Source: Limisphaerales bacterium | GTDB lineage: Bacteria; Verrucomicrobiota; Verrucomicrobiia; Limisphaerales; AAA164-E04 | Direction: 5' to 3' | NCBI GenBank assembly: GCA_965203425.1 | Contig: OZ241891.1 | Span: 1,775,127-1,839,126 of the forward strand | DNA length: 64,000 bases | Shown here: positions 18,254 to 26,574 of the stretch, piece by piece | Numbering within the stretch: the first letter of the stretch is position 1 | How the letters are laid out: every line of letters begins with the position of its first letter | The notes under the pieces: generated by a model | Database searches by the model: none | Seen by the model: only the letters and a program-made list of their open reading frames with translations | Told to the model about the DNA's origin: nothing | Position numbers and translations under genes: made by a program

Positions 18254-18905
18254 AGTCGTTCAAGAAGAACCAGCCGTCCGTCCTCCCTTCCGGGAGATTG
18301 TTCCCGAAGCTGTTCCTCCACTAGCGCAAGAAGTTCCTTGTTGCGGTGGTGATTTGCCCGAAGGGGAATCTCCGCAACAAGCAAGGGAAGAAGGCGTGCC
18401 AAGGCGGGAAGATGGTTGGCATCCGTTGATGGAAGAAGTGCCGCCCGAAGACATTGTGGAATATGCCGAGAGTGTCTTTCAAGATTCGGAAAACGAGCCG
18501 GCGGAAGAATCTGAGGGAGATTGGGTGGAAGAATCTGGCTTGGATTGGGACAAGGCGCGCTTGGAGTTGTTGGAGCAGTTTGAAGGTTGGCAGAAAGCGT
18601 CTTTGGCGGCGGCGATGTTGGAGGCCGAGCAGTTTATGGAAGTGATGAGCGAGGAAGACGCGCGTTGGATTCAAGAGAAAGATCAGCGGCAGTTTGACGC
18701 AGCACAACACCCAAACCCTTCCTCAAAACATGCCGCTTTGTTTTACAAATCGTTAGAGATGACCGCGGCGGTGAATCGCAGTCAGGCTTCGGCAGTGGCC
18801 AAAGAGATTCGGGCGGAGATTGCGCGGCGAACGAGGGAACTGCATCAGGAATTGGAAGATCCCGGCCCGCCGCCCAGACTGCAATTTGAAGAAGAAGGAC
18901 GATAG
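18195..18905 (+). CDS. hypothetical acidic, Pro/Glu-rich protein
   Basis: Long ORF 18147..18905. The GTG at 18195 is preceded by AAGGAA. The start is uncertain, and the ORF could be joined to the preceding gene by a frame change in the CAAAAAG run. Confidence 0.4.
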   Translation: MINTPTVPPVLERERPQSPEVVQEEPAVRPPFREIVPEAVPPLAQEVPCCGGDLPEGESPQQAREEGVPRREDGWHPLMEEVPPEDIVEYAESVFQDSENEPAEESEGDWVEESGLDWDKARLELLEQFEGWQKASLAAAMLEAEQFMEVMSEEDARWIQEKDQRQFDAAQHPNPSSKHAALFYKSLEMTAAVNRSQASAVAKEIRAEIARRTRELHQELEDPGPPPRLQFEEEGR

Positions 18906-18929
18906 GTTTTTTCCTTCGTTGCTTGCGAT

Positions 18930-18971
18930 GCCCGCTTGGGAAAAGAGATTTTCCCGGCGGGCTTTTTTTTT
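18930..18971 (+). terminator. rho-independent terminator
   Basis: GCCCGCttGGGAAAAgagaTTTTCCCgGCGGGC followed by T9, located 25 nt after the stop at 18905. Confidence 0.6.
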
Positions 18972-19089
18972 GCGGTTAGCGGTTGGCAAAATGGCGGCGG
19001 CAATGGTTCTGAGCGAGAACAGAGCGGTTTTGGAAGTTGACGGATGGCAAAGAGAATCGGTAGTCTTTGCGGTTAAAATTCTTTGATTT

Positions 19090-20718
19090 ATGTTTGTTCA
19101 TATTCGGAAACATCAGAAGTGGCTTTTGGGTTTGATCGTGATCGTGGTGGGGATTTCATTCGTGGTTTTCTTCACGCCAAACGTTCAATACGGCAATTTG
19201 GACTTTTTTGGCGGCGGCAACGCGGTTGGCTCGATTGCCGGCCGTCCCGTCGCTCATAAGGAATTCAGAGAGGCTTATCAAGAAACGATGCTGTTCTTTG
19301 GCGAGCGGCAGGGCGTGAACTATGAGCAAGCAACGGCTAATCGCCTGCTTCTTCTGGAAAAAGCGAAAGAGCGTGGCATTGAAGTTTCGGAGGAGGCTGC
19401 CGCCAAATGGATTGTGAACGAGTTTAAGGATCCGGAAACGAATGAATTTCGGCGCGAATCCTACGACAACGCCGTGACCAATACCCTGCCCCGATACGGC
19501 ATGAACAAAGGAGACTTGCAACGGTTTGCGCGCAATCAGGTGGTCATTGGGCAGTTGCAAGAACTGGCCGGGCTTGTGGGCGAATTGGTAACGCCTCAGG
19601 AAGCTGAGCGGCTGTATCGAGAGCAAAACTTGCAGGCGAACACGCAGGCGGTTTTCTTTTCTTCGAGCGATTATGTGAACCTTGGCGAGAGTTTGGAGGG
19701 GCTGGAAGCCTTTTATACGAACCGCATGGCGCTTTATCGGGAGCCTGAAAAACGGCGGATTCACTATCTTGAGTTCGCCGCGACAAATTACTTGGCTGAG
19801 GCGAAAGAAAGATTGACCGAGTCCACTAACTTGGCGGAGATGATCAACGGAATTTATATGGAAAAAGGCACTAATTCGTTCACGAAGAACGGCGTTGTGT
19901 TGAGCGAAGAAGAGGCGAAAGAGCAAATTCAACGGCAAGAATTTAAGAAAGTCGGCCAAGAGATTGCCAAAGAAAAGGCAAAAGAGTTGGCGGAGGAGTT
20001 GTTCAACATCGAGCCAATGAAGGCCGAAAATCTGCCGGAGTTGGCCGCCGCCAAGGGCTACACGGCCGAAGTTTCCGAGCCCTTCGCCGCAGATCAATCT
20101 GTTCCCAGAATTGGCGATTCCTATGAACTAACGAGGCAAGTGTTTCAACTCACGGAAATCCCCTTCACTAGGGCGTTTCACACAGCGAACGGCACTTACT
20201 TGGTTGCGCTTCATAGCATTCTTCCCAGCGAAGTGCCGCCTTTGGAAAAGATTCGCGGCCAAGTGCAAACCGATTTTTACGAGCAAAAGTCTTTGGAAAA
20301 CGCCCGCGAAGCGGCGGCAACTTTTCATACCTCGCTGACCAACGAGCTGGCGCAGGGAAAGGCCTTCGAAGCCATTTGCAAAGAGGCCGGGCACGAGCCG
20401 ATTCAAATGCCCCTGTTTTCCCAAAGCAGTCGAACGCTTGCCGGCGCCGATCCTCGGGCGCACTTATATTTGTTGCAAAGCCTGGCCTTTGATCTTAAAG
20501 CGAGGGAAGTCAGCCGAGTTTCCCAAACCGAAGACGGCGCAATGATCCTTTTTGTGTATTCGTTCGTTGAGGCGAAGGAAGAGCAAGTGAAGGAGGAACT
20601 ACCCGATTACGCTAAAACCCTGCGGCAAAGACGCCGTTCAGAAGCCTTCGGCGGATGGTTTCAAGAAGAGCAGAAGTCGTTAAATTTTCCCTCCTCTTCA
20701 GCAAGCGACAACTTATAG
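19090..20718 (+). CDS. PpiD/SurA_N-like periplasmic chaperone, membrane anchored
   Basis: N-terminal anchor KWLLGLIVIVVGISFVVFF and a length and layout like PpiD. I did not see a clear parvulin signature. Confidence 0.5.
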   Translation: MFVHIRKHQKWLLGLIVIVVGISFVVFFTPNVQYGNLDFFGGGNAVGSIAGRPVAHKEFREAYQETMLFFGERQGVNYEQATANRLLLLEKAKERGIEVSEEAAAKWIVNEFKDPETNEFRRESYDNAVTNTLPRYGMNKGDLQRFARNQVVIGQLQELAGLVGELVTPQEAERLYREQNLQANTQAVFFSSSDYVNLGESLEGLEAFYTNRMALYREPEKRRIHYLEFAATNYLAEAKERLTESTNLAEMINGIYMEKGTNSFTKNGVVLSEEEAKEQIQRQEFKKVGQEIAKEKAKELAEELFNIEPMKAENLPELAAAKGYTAEVSEPFAADQSVPRIGDSYELTRQVFQLTEIPFTRAFHTANGTYLVALHSILPSEVPPLEKIRGQVQTDFYEQKSLENAREAAATFHTSLTNELAQGKAFEAICKEAGHEPIQMPLFSQSSRTLAGADPRAHLYLLQSLAFDLKAREVSRVSQTEDGAMILFVYSFVEAKEEQVKEELPDYAKTLRQRRRSEAFGGWFQEEQKSLNFPSSSASDNL

Positions 20719-20809
20719 CGTGTTCGTTGCGGAAAACGCCCCAGAAGAATTGAAATGAGATGTCGAGCAAAATGGATGGTTCCCAGAATTAAAATTCGCG
20801 TTTAAATGA

Positions 20810-20838
20810 TTGACAATGGCAGGAAACTCGGTTATTTT
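20810..20838 (+). promoter_or_regulatory. sigma70-like promoter candidate
   Basis: TTGACA-N17-TATTTT, ending 10 nt upstream of the ATG at 20848. Confidence 0.35.
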
Positions 20839-20847
20839 ACGGGCTTT

Positions 20848-21647
20848 ATGAGATTTTGGAAACCAATCATTGCGATAGTTTCCGCATGCTTTGCCGGCGG
20901 ATTCTGACAAACAACGGCGCAAGTTGTGACAATCCGTGATCCGAATACGGGGGATTTCGTCAATGTGGAGAAAACGGAACCGCTTGAGATTCATTACACC
21001 GATTCAAGCGACACTACTTACACTCTGCAGGTAGCGAAAGATGTCGAGGTTTTGGAATTTGTTGATCTAACCAGCCTAACTTTGCCTGAGGGTTTGACGA
21101 AGTTGCACACTCTGGAAATTGACTCCCGACCTGATGGTATTTTATTTCAATTGACAAGCCTGAACCTCCCCAAAGATATAGGAAAAGATGCGGACTGGCC
21201 GTTTCGATTGGTGCTGGGAAACCGTGGTGAGGAAGGAAAAGAGCAAAACGAACGGAGATCAATTCTTTTATTAGCGGTGCATAAAGATATGCGGCCTTTT
21301 TTGCTGATGTACCGGTTTTTACCGAACGATGGACCCTTTTCATTTCCGATTAGAATTCCGGCTGCGAAGGATTTGATAAGGAATCGAGAACCTGACGACG
21401 ATGGAGTTTTTAGAATTGACATGTCCCATATTTTTGGAGAGGGGTTGATGTTATTGAAGTTCATGGCGTTCCGCCGAGGATATGGTTGAACCGTCAAGAA
21501 GGAGGCGTCGAGATTGTTTGGGATCGAGGCCAGTTGCAGTCCGCTCCCAGCATCGACGGACCTTGGACGGACATCACTTTTGACGATACGCGCCGTCTTT
21601 TTCTCCGCTCTTCCAGTCCTGCCGAGTTCTTTCGGGTAAAGCCATAA
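20848..21647 (+). pseudogene. lipoprotein-type secreted protein, interrupted by an in-frame TGA and a 3' frameshift
   Basis: MRFWKPIIAIVSACFAGGF (lipobox-like VSAC), then TGA at 20905-20907, then the same frame continues into ORF 20926..21489. The last ~75 codons (...VEIVWDRGQLQSAPSIDGPWTDITFDD...AEFFRVKP) are in another frame and end at 21647. Confidence 0.5.
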
Positions 21648-21874
21648 TCCCGACAGCACAAAAAGCCCGGCGCGGTAAAGGCGCAGTCTCGCGTGGAGCG
21701 GCGTTGACTGGGCGTCTAACGAAGATCAGTTTGAAAGGTTGTCGGATGAAGACTTGGCGTCAATGGAAGAGAACTTGGGGAACGCGATTACGGAAGGCGA
21801 TCAATCGAAGGCGCAATCGCGTAACTGCAAGCCGAGCAAGCCCGCAAACGATCTGCTGAAATGAGGAGAAGTCG

Positions 21875-22950
21875 ATGCAACTGAACTACGCGGTAGTGCA
21901 TCAGCTAGTGAAGGAAGCCGGGGCACCCGGGGCGGGAGTGAATTTGGCGCAGACCCTGCTGGGTGCGGAGAATCCCGTAGTCGTCGACTTGGTCGACCGG
22001 CTCGTGGGCCTTATCGGCCAGCGGGAGAACATGGCGCACTACGGTGTGTTCCGCGACGACCCTGCGAGCACGAGGGTCCCGAGCATAGTGAAGAGCTACT
22101 GTATGGAGACAGAGCCAACGTCCGGCGATTTTCTGTCACTGACGAACGATTGCATGGCTGCGCTCCGTGATAGGGCTGGATCACAAAACTTGGCCACCGG
22201 CGGCTATCTGTTGTTCGCGGACTACTTCAGCACGGACAGGTTTCTGCTGACCGCAATGATCAAGCAGCGTTCCGGCATCACGATGGATGGGTTGGTGCCT
22301 ACGAGCATCACGGAACTCGACCTGCGCAAGCTTCACCAAGTCGCGCGCGTCGTCTTCGACCGGCTGCGTCAGTACGAAGAAGCTGCGGCGGAACGACAGG
22401 ACATGACCTACGTATCGTTCGTCAGTCCGAAGGGAAACCGGGAGGCGGCGGGCTATTTCGTCACGGCGTTGGGATGCACGCCGGGGACGCCAGCGGCAGC
22501 CGCGACCAGAGGTGTGATTGTTGGGACCAGTGAATTTTTGGCACTCGCAAATCTATTCGGTCCGAGGGATACGAAGCTAGAGCGGAACTGATCGATCTCC
22601 TTCGCAGGAAGGCTGATAACAAGGAGCGCGTCAGCTTATACGATGTCGTCGAAGTCATCCGGAGATATTTCCCGCCAGAAGAGGCGGACGATTTAGCGAA
22701 CGAATTCGTTGCGCACCTGCAAAGCGAAACCCGCAGAGTCCCTATGGAATTCCCGGTGGCGAAGGCAGTCGTCAACCGATACACCCGGTTTACGTACCGG
22801 AGCAACCAGTTGAAGGTGGATATCGAGAAAGCCGCGGTGACACTCGAAGACAGCGGGCCAATCTACTTCGACCGGGAACATCGTAGGCTGGTGATTTCGG
22901 AGGAAGAATTCATCGCCAAGTTGGACGCCGCCTTGCAAGACGATGAGTAA
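21875..22950 (+). pseudogene. NA37 / NdpA (YejK)-like nucleoid-associated protein, with a frame change near 22555-22570
   Basis: MQLNYAVVHQLVKEAG... start and ~350-aa joined length. ORF 21875..22591 continues in frame +1 as ...ARAELIDLLRRKADNKERVSLYDVVEV...MEFPVAKAVVNRYTRFTYRSNQLKVDIEK... to 22950. GGAG lies before the ATG. Confidence 0.6.
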
Positions 22951-24142
22951 TCCACAACCGCTAGCCGACGCGGTCGGGTTGTACCGTCGCGTCGGATGTC
23001 CGAAGTGGAGCGATCGGCAGTTCCGTGGAGAACTAGATTATGCCGAATCACACGAACTCCTGGGTCGGCTGCGCAAGCAGAGCGTGAAGGATGGTCGCCT
23101 CGACGAGCTGAAGGTCGACGGCAAGTGGGTTCTGAGCGGAGAAGAACTGCCCGCGACGGGCAATCGCGCTACGTTCGCCTTCAGCACCTCAACACAGGAT
23201 GGTGCCCGGTTTTTTCGCGGCGTTGCGGAACTGGTGGGGAGCTATCATCCCTTGGGGCGGGGGAAGCTTCCAGGTCGCTTCTATCTGGTCGATGAAGATT
23301 ATCAGCACGGTGGGGACGAGACATCACCCGATACTGTTCGGAATCTCATCGAATTGACACGATTCGTCACGGCGCTGACAGAGCTCGCCGATCACAAGTA
23401 CGAGACCGAGGGCACCGGCGCCTGGACGCTGGTGTTCCGCACCAAAGACGGCCTGGGCATGTTGGAGACGAGGTTCGGTGAGGAACTGCTGGGCGTAAAG
23501 GTGCCATCCGTCGCCTGGGAAGTGGTGGAGGGTCTGCGCATGGGCTCCGACGGTATCCATCAGAAGGAAAAACGGTGGATGTTCAGGGCCACGATGTGCG
23601 AGTTCCTGAGAGATGGTGTGCCATTTCGCGAATTCGTCGAGCGCGGTGCGCAATGGTCGAAAGCGTACGAGGACGACCTGCACACCTACCTGAGCGGTTT
23701 CTCGTTCGAGGAAGTGAAACGCAAGATCGCGGAGGAACAGGCCCGATTCACCGAGCAGATCTCGACGATCCTGGGAGACATCACAGTCAATGTACTGAGT
23801 CTGCCGCTGTCGGTGGCTGTCGTCATGATCCTGAAGACGCAGACCGCGAATTGGACTGAGTGGCTTTCGATTCCGTTATTGTTGGTAGTAGCGTTCGCTA
23901 TTACTTGCCTCGTCCGCCATTACCAACGGGTAGTTCCTTGTGTGGAGAAGGACATCTACAGAGTTTTCGGCAAAATGAAAACCAGAGATCCTGTTGTTCC
24001 CCCCAAGGAACTGGAGAACAACGTCAAGGAAACAGTGGAGTCTCTACAGAACGAGATCGGAAAACTCCGCACAACGTTCTGGATTTATTTGTTCGCGGTT
24101 TGGGCGGTACTAGTCATCGGCGTCCTCATGGTGCTATATTAA
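22943..24142 (+). CDS. hypothetical protein: unassigned soluble N-terminal domain plus three C-terminal TM segments
   Basis: 399 aa. The start overlaps the upstream stop (ATGAGTAA). TM segments: ITVNVLSLPLSVAVVMIL, WLSIPLLLVVAFAITCLV, FWIYLFAVWAVLVIGVLMVLY. Confidence 0.6.
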   Translation: MSNPQPLADAVGLYRRVGCPKWSDRQFRGELDYAESHELLGRLRKQSVKDGRLDELKVDGKWVLSGEELPATGNRATFAFSTSTQDGARFFRGVAELVGSYHPLGRGKLPGRFYLVDEDYQHGGDETSPDTVRNLIELTRFVTALTELADHKYETEGTGAWTLVFRTKDGLGMLETRFGEELLGVKVPSVAWEVVEGLRMGSDGIHQKEKRWMFRATMCEFLRDGVPFREFVERGAQWSKAYEDDLHTYLSGFSFEEVKRKIAEEQARFTEQISTILGDITVNVLSLPLSVAVVMILKTQTANWTEWLSIPLLLVVAFAITCLVRHYQRVVPCVEKDIYRVFGKMKTRDPVVPPKELENNVKETVESLQNEIGKLRTTFWIYLFAVWAVLVIGVLMVLY

Positions 24143-24203
24143 AGAGATGGAGAGGCGGGAAATGGGCGCGAACCGCTGGAGGCGATTGGGTGAACCGGGA
24201 AGG

Positions 24204-25115
24204 TCAATTTCGGGAGTCGGGCGGGGATTCAAATTCGAATTCGTCGTCTTCGAGTTCCAATCTTGTTCGTCGCGACAACTTCAAGCGCACAAAGCCGTAT
24301 ACCAGATAGGCGGTGAACAGCACGGGAAGTATCACCGGCAAAATTTGGTTCTGCAAAATGAGGATGAGTCCGATAAAAATCACCGCGCCGGCGCTTTTTA
24401 GAAAAGTGCTGCGCGTTCGAAATCCGACACTTTTGAAGGAGGGATAGCGCACTTCGCTAATCATCATCATCGAGAGAAAGAACATAATCACCGGCAAAAC
24501 ATACCGCCACGAACCAGTGGAAAAACCTTTTTCGTCAATCCATAAAATAAACCAAGTTAGCGAGGCCACCAAACCGGCCGCTGCGGGAATCGGGAAGCCC
24601 AAAAACTCTTTTTTACTGTCTTGGTTTTGTTCGGCTGCCAAGCAGTTGAACCGGGCCAAGCGGAGTGCGCCGCAGATAAGATAGATGGAGGCAATGAACC
24701 ATCCGATTTCTGGGCGGCCGACGAAAACGTCTTTGAGCACGATGCGATGCACCAAAAATGCCGGCGCCACACCGAAGGAAACGATGTCCGCCAAAGAATC
24801 AAACTCCCTTCCAAAAGGGCTTTCCAGTCCGCCCATGCGAGCCACTCGCCCGTCCAGAAAGTCAAAGAGGCAGGCCAGCAAAATGAACAACAAGGCGCGA
24901 TAAATCATGCTGGTGAAGTCCTCTCTTTGCGGATTGGCTTGGACAATGCTGGTAAGCGCGACGAAACCGCAGAAGAGATTGCCGGCGGTCATCAGATTCG
25001 GGAGCAGGTAAATCTTCAGGCGGGCGTCTGTTGAGTTGGGAAGGGCGTGGCGGCTTGTTGACCGGCGCAGTGGCTCTTTTTTCGTTCCGGCTTGTTTTTT
25101 CCGCATCATCGGCAC
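24204..25115 (-). CDS. pssA: CDP-diacylglycerol--serine O-phosphatidyltransferase
   Basis: CDP-alcohol phosphatidyltransferase motif DFLDGRVAR...GREFDSLADIVSFGVAPA. N-terminus LPNLMTAGNLFCGF. Multiple TM segments. Confidence 0.85.
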   Translation of the reverse strand: MPMMRKKQAGTKKEPLRRSTSRHALPNSTDARLKIYLLPNLMTAGNLFCGFVALTSIVQANPQREDFTSMIYRALLFILLACLFDFLDGRVARMGGLESPFGREFDSLADIVSFGVAPAFLVHRIVLKDVFVGRPEIGWFIASIYLICGALRLARFNCLAAEQNQDSKKEFLGFPIPAAAGLVASLTWFILWIDEKGFSTGSWRYVLPVIMFFLSMMMISEVRYPSFKSVGFRTRSTFLKSAGAVIFIGLILILQNQILPVILPVLFTAYLVYGFVRLKLSRRTRLELEDDEFEFESPPDSRN

Positions 25116-25410
25116 GGTATTTTAGGGGAAAGACGCTGTCAAGGGAAAGCCGAATTTGGGAAGATTTCCTTTTTCTCTGACTCTTTGCGCGGGCATTCCT
25201 TTCTCCTTGAAACTGTTGTGAAAGAACGCTAAATCCGCCGTCGACAATGGTTTGCGTTCGTTTTGTCGCGATTGGGAGGAAAAATTGCGCGGGTTGCTTT
25301 GAGTCCGTCTTGCGAGAATGTGTTTGAAACCAGCGGGGAGGAGTTTGTATTCTTACTCCCCGAATGGAGTTCAAGTTGTCAGTCGTTTTCCGGGCGAACC
25401 GCAGGATTTC

Positions 25411-26178
25411 ATGAAGAATCAGAGCGTATCCGCAGCGCGGGAGGCTTTCGCTCTTGGGCAGGAAAAACAGCCCGCGGCGGAAGATTTTTGCCAAAAAAAC
25501 GAGGGCGTCTTCCATCGGGTTGGCCGCTGGATTCTGTCTAATCTCGGCGACAAAAGAGATGGCGAATATCAAATTGCGCTGAAGTTTTTGGAGGATTGCA
25601 AAAACATATTGGACGTCGGTTGCGGCACGGGAACGTTTCTCGCCAAACGGCCGGACGCCATTTTAGGCGTGGACGTCAATCCGGAGAATGTTGAGTATTG
25701 CAGGCGGCAAGGGCTTCGAGCGGCGGTGGGCGACGCTCTGGCTTTGGAGTTTGACGATCAAGTTTTTGACGGGGTCCATTGCTCCCATTTGATGCAGGTA
25801 TTTCTTCCAGATCAGGCCGCGCAGTTGATCAAGGAACTCACTCGTGTGACTCGGAAGGGAGGGAAGATTGTTGTCACCACGCAGAACTGGTTTTCTCGAT
25901 TTTATCGACATCCAGAAAATGTTCGACCTTATCCTCCCGACGCCATTGGGCGCTATTACTATGCTCGACGAGGTTCGGTTTCTCCGATGTATCCGGGTCT
26001 TCCCCGCCTGCGGCAGCAAGGCATTCGTCTGCGGCGCCCTCCCCTTGTGGAATTATATAGTTCGACTCGTCCCACCTTGGATCGAGTGTTCGCGGTGCTG
26101 AACACGATTCAATACGCTTTTTATTTGCGAAAATTTTGGAGTTATGACGCCTATACGGCAATGTTCCGGCGGGAATAG
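25411..26178 (+). CDS. class I SAM-dependent methyltransferase
   Basis: Motif I ILDVGCGTGTFL and motif ...FDGVHCSHLMQ... The start was chosen at the internal Met of ORF 25318..26178. Confidence 0.75.
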   Translation: MKNQSVSAAREAFALGQEKQPAAEDFCQKNEGVFHRVGRWILSNLGDKRDGEYQIALKFLEDCKNILDVGCGTGTFLAKRPDAILGVDVNPENVEYCRRQGLRAAVGDALALEFDDQVFDGVHCSHLMQVFLPDQAAQLIKELTRVTRKGGKIVVTTQNWFSRFYRHPENVRPYPPDAIGRYYYARRGSVSPMYPGLPRLRQQGIRLRRPPLVELYSSTRPTLDRVFAVLNTIQYAFYLRKFWSYDAYTAMFRRE

Positions 26179-26253
26179 CCTATGGTTCGGAAAAAGAGGC
26201 CGTTTCCACATTGGGCTTGAGCGGCGAGCGCAGATTTCTAAAATTCTTTCTAG

Positions 26254-26541
26254 ATGGAAAGCGCAGATTTCAACATCGATTATACCGCCAAATTAGCTCG
26301 AATCGAGTTGACGGAATCGGAGCGGAAGGAATACGGTTCGCAACTGGCCGACATTCTTCGGTATGTTAAGAAACTTCAGGAGCTGAACGTCGAAGGAGTG
26401 GAACCAACCGCTCATCCCGTTCCATTGCGTAACGTGCTCCGTCCCGACGTCGTGGAGCCGTCGCTCTCGACCGAAGAAGCCTTGAAAAACACGCCGCGGC
26501 GGGACGGCAGGCTCTTCCAAACGCCCAAAATTGTGGAATAG
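26254..26541 (+). CDS. gatC: Asp/Glu-tRNA(Asn/Gln) amidotransferase subunit C
   Basis: 95 aa. AKLARIELTESERKEYGSQLADILRYVKKLQELNVEGVEPTAHP. Located immediately upstream of gatA. Confidence 0.9.
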   Translation: MESADFNIDYTAKLARIELTESERKEYGSQLADILRYVKKLQELNVEGVEPTAHPVPLRNVLRPDVVEPSLSTEEALKNTPRRDGRLFQTPKIVE

Positions 26542-26574
26542 TTTGGGAAAGAGTCAAACCGGCAAAAAACATTC

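Noticed and set aside
19156-20097. 313-aa minus-strand ORF inside the PpiD-like gene
   Set aside because: It is an antisense shadow ORF. The plus-strand frame has a membrane anchor and a coherent chaperone-like sequence.
12148-20907. Idea that TGA is recoded as a sense codon, prompted by the two in-frame TGAs (12148-12150 and 20905-20907)
   Set aside because: TGA clearly terminates many well-defined genes here (cytochrome 3989-3991, scpB, gatA, the RND pump), each followed by spacers or coupled starts. The standard genetic code with nonsense mutations is the simpler explanation.
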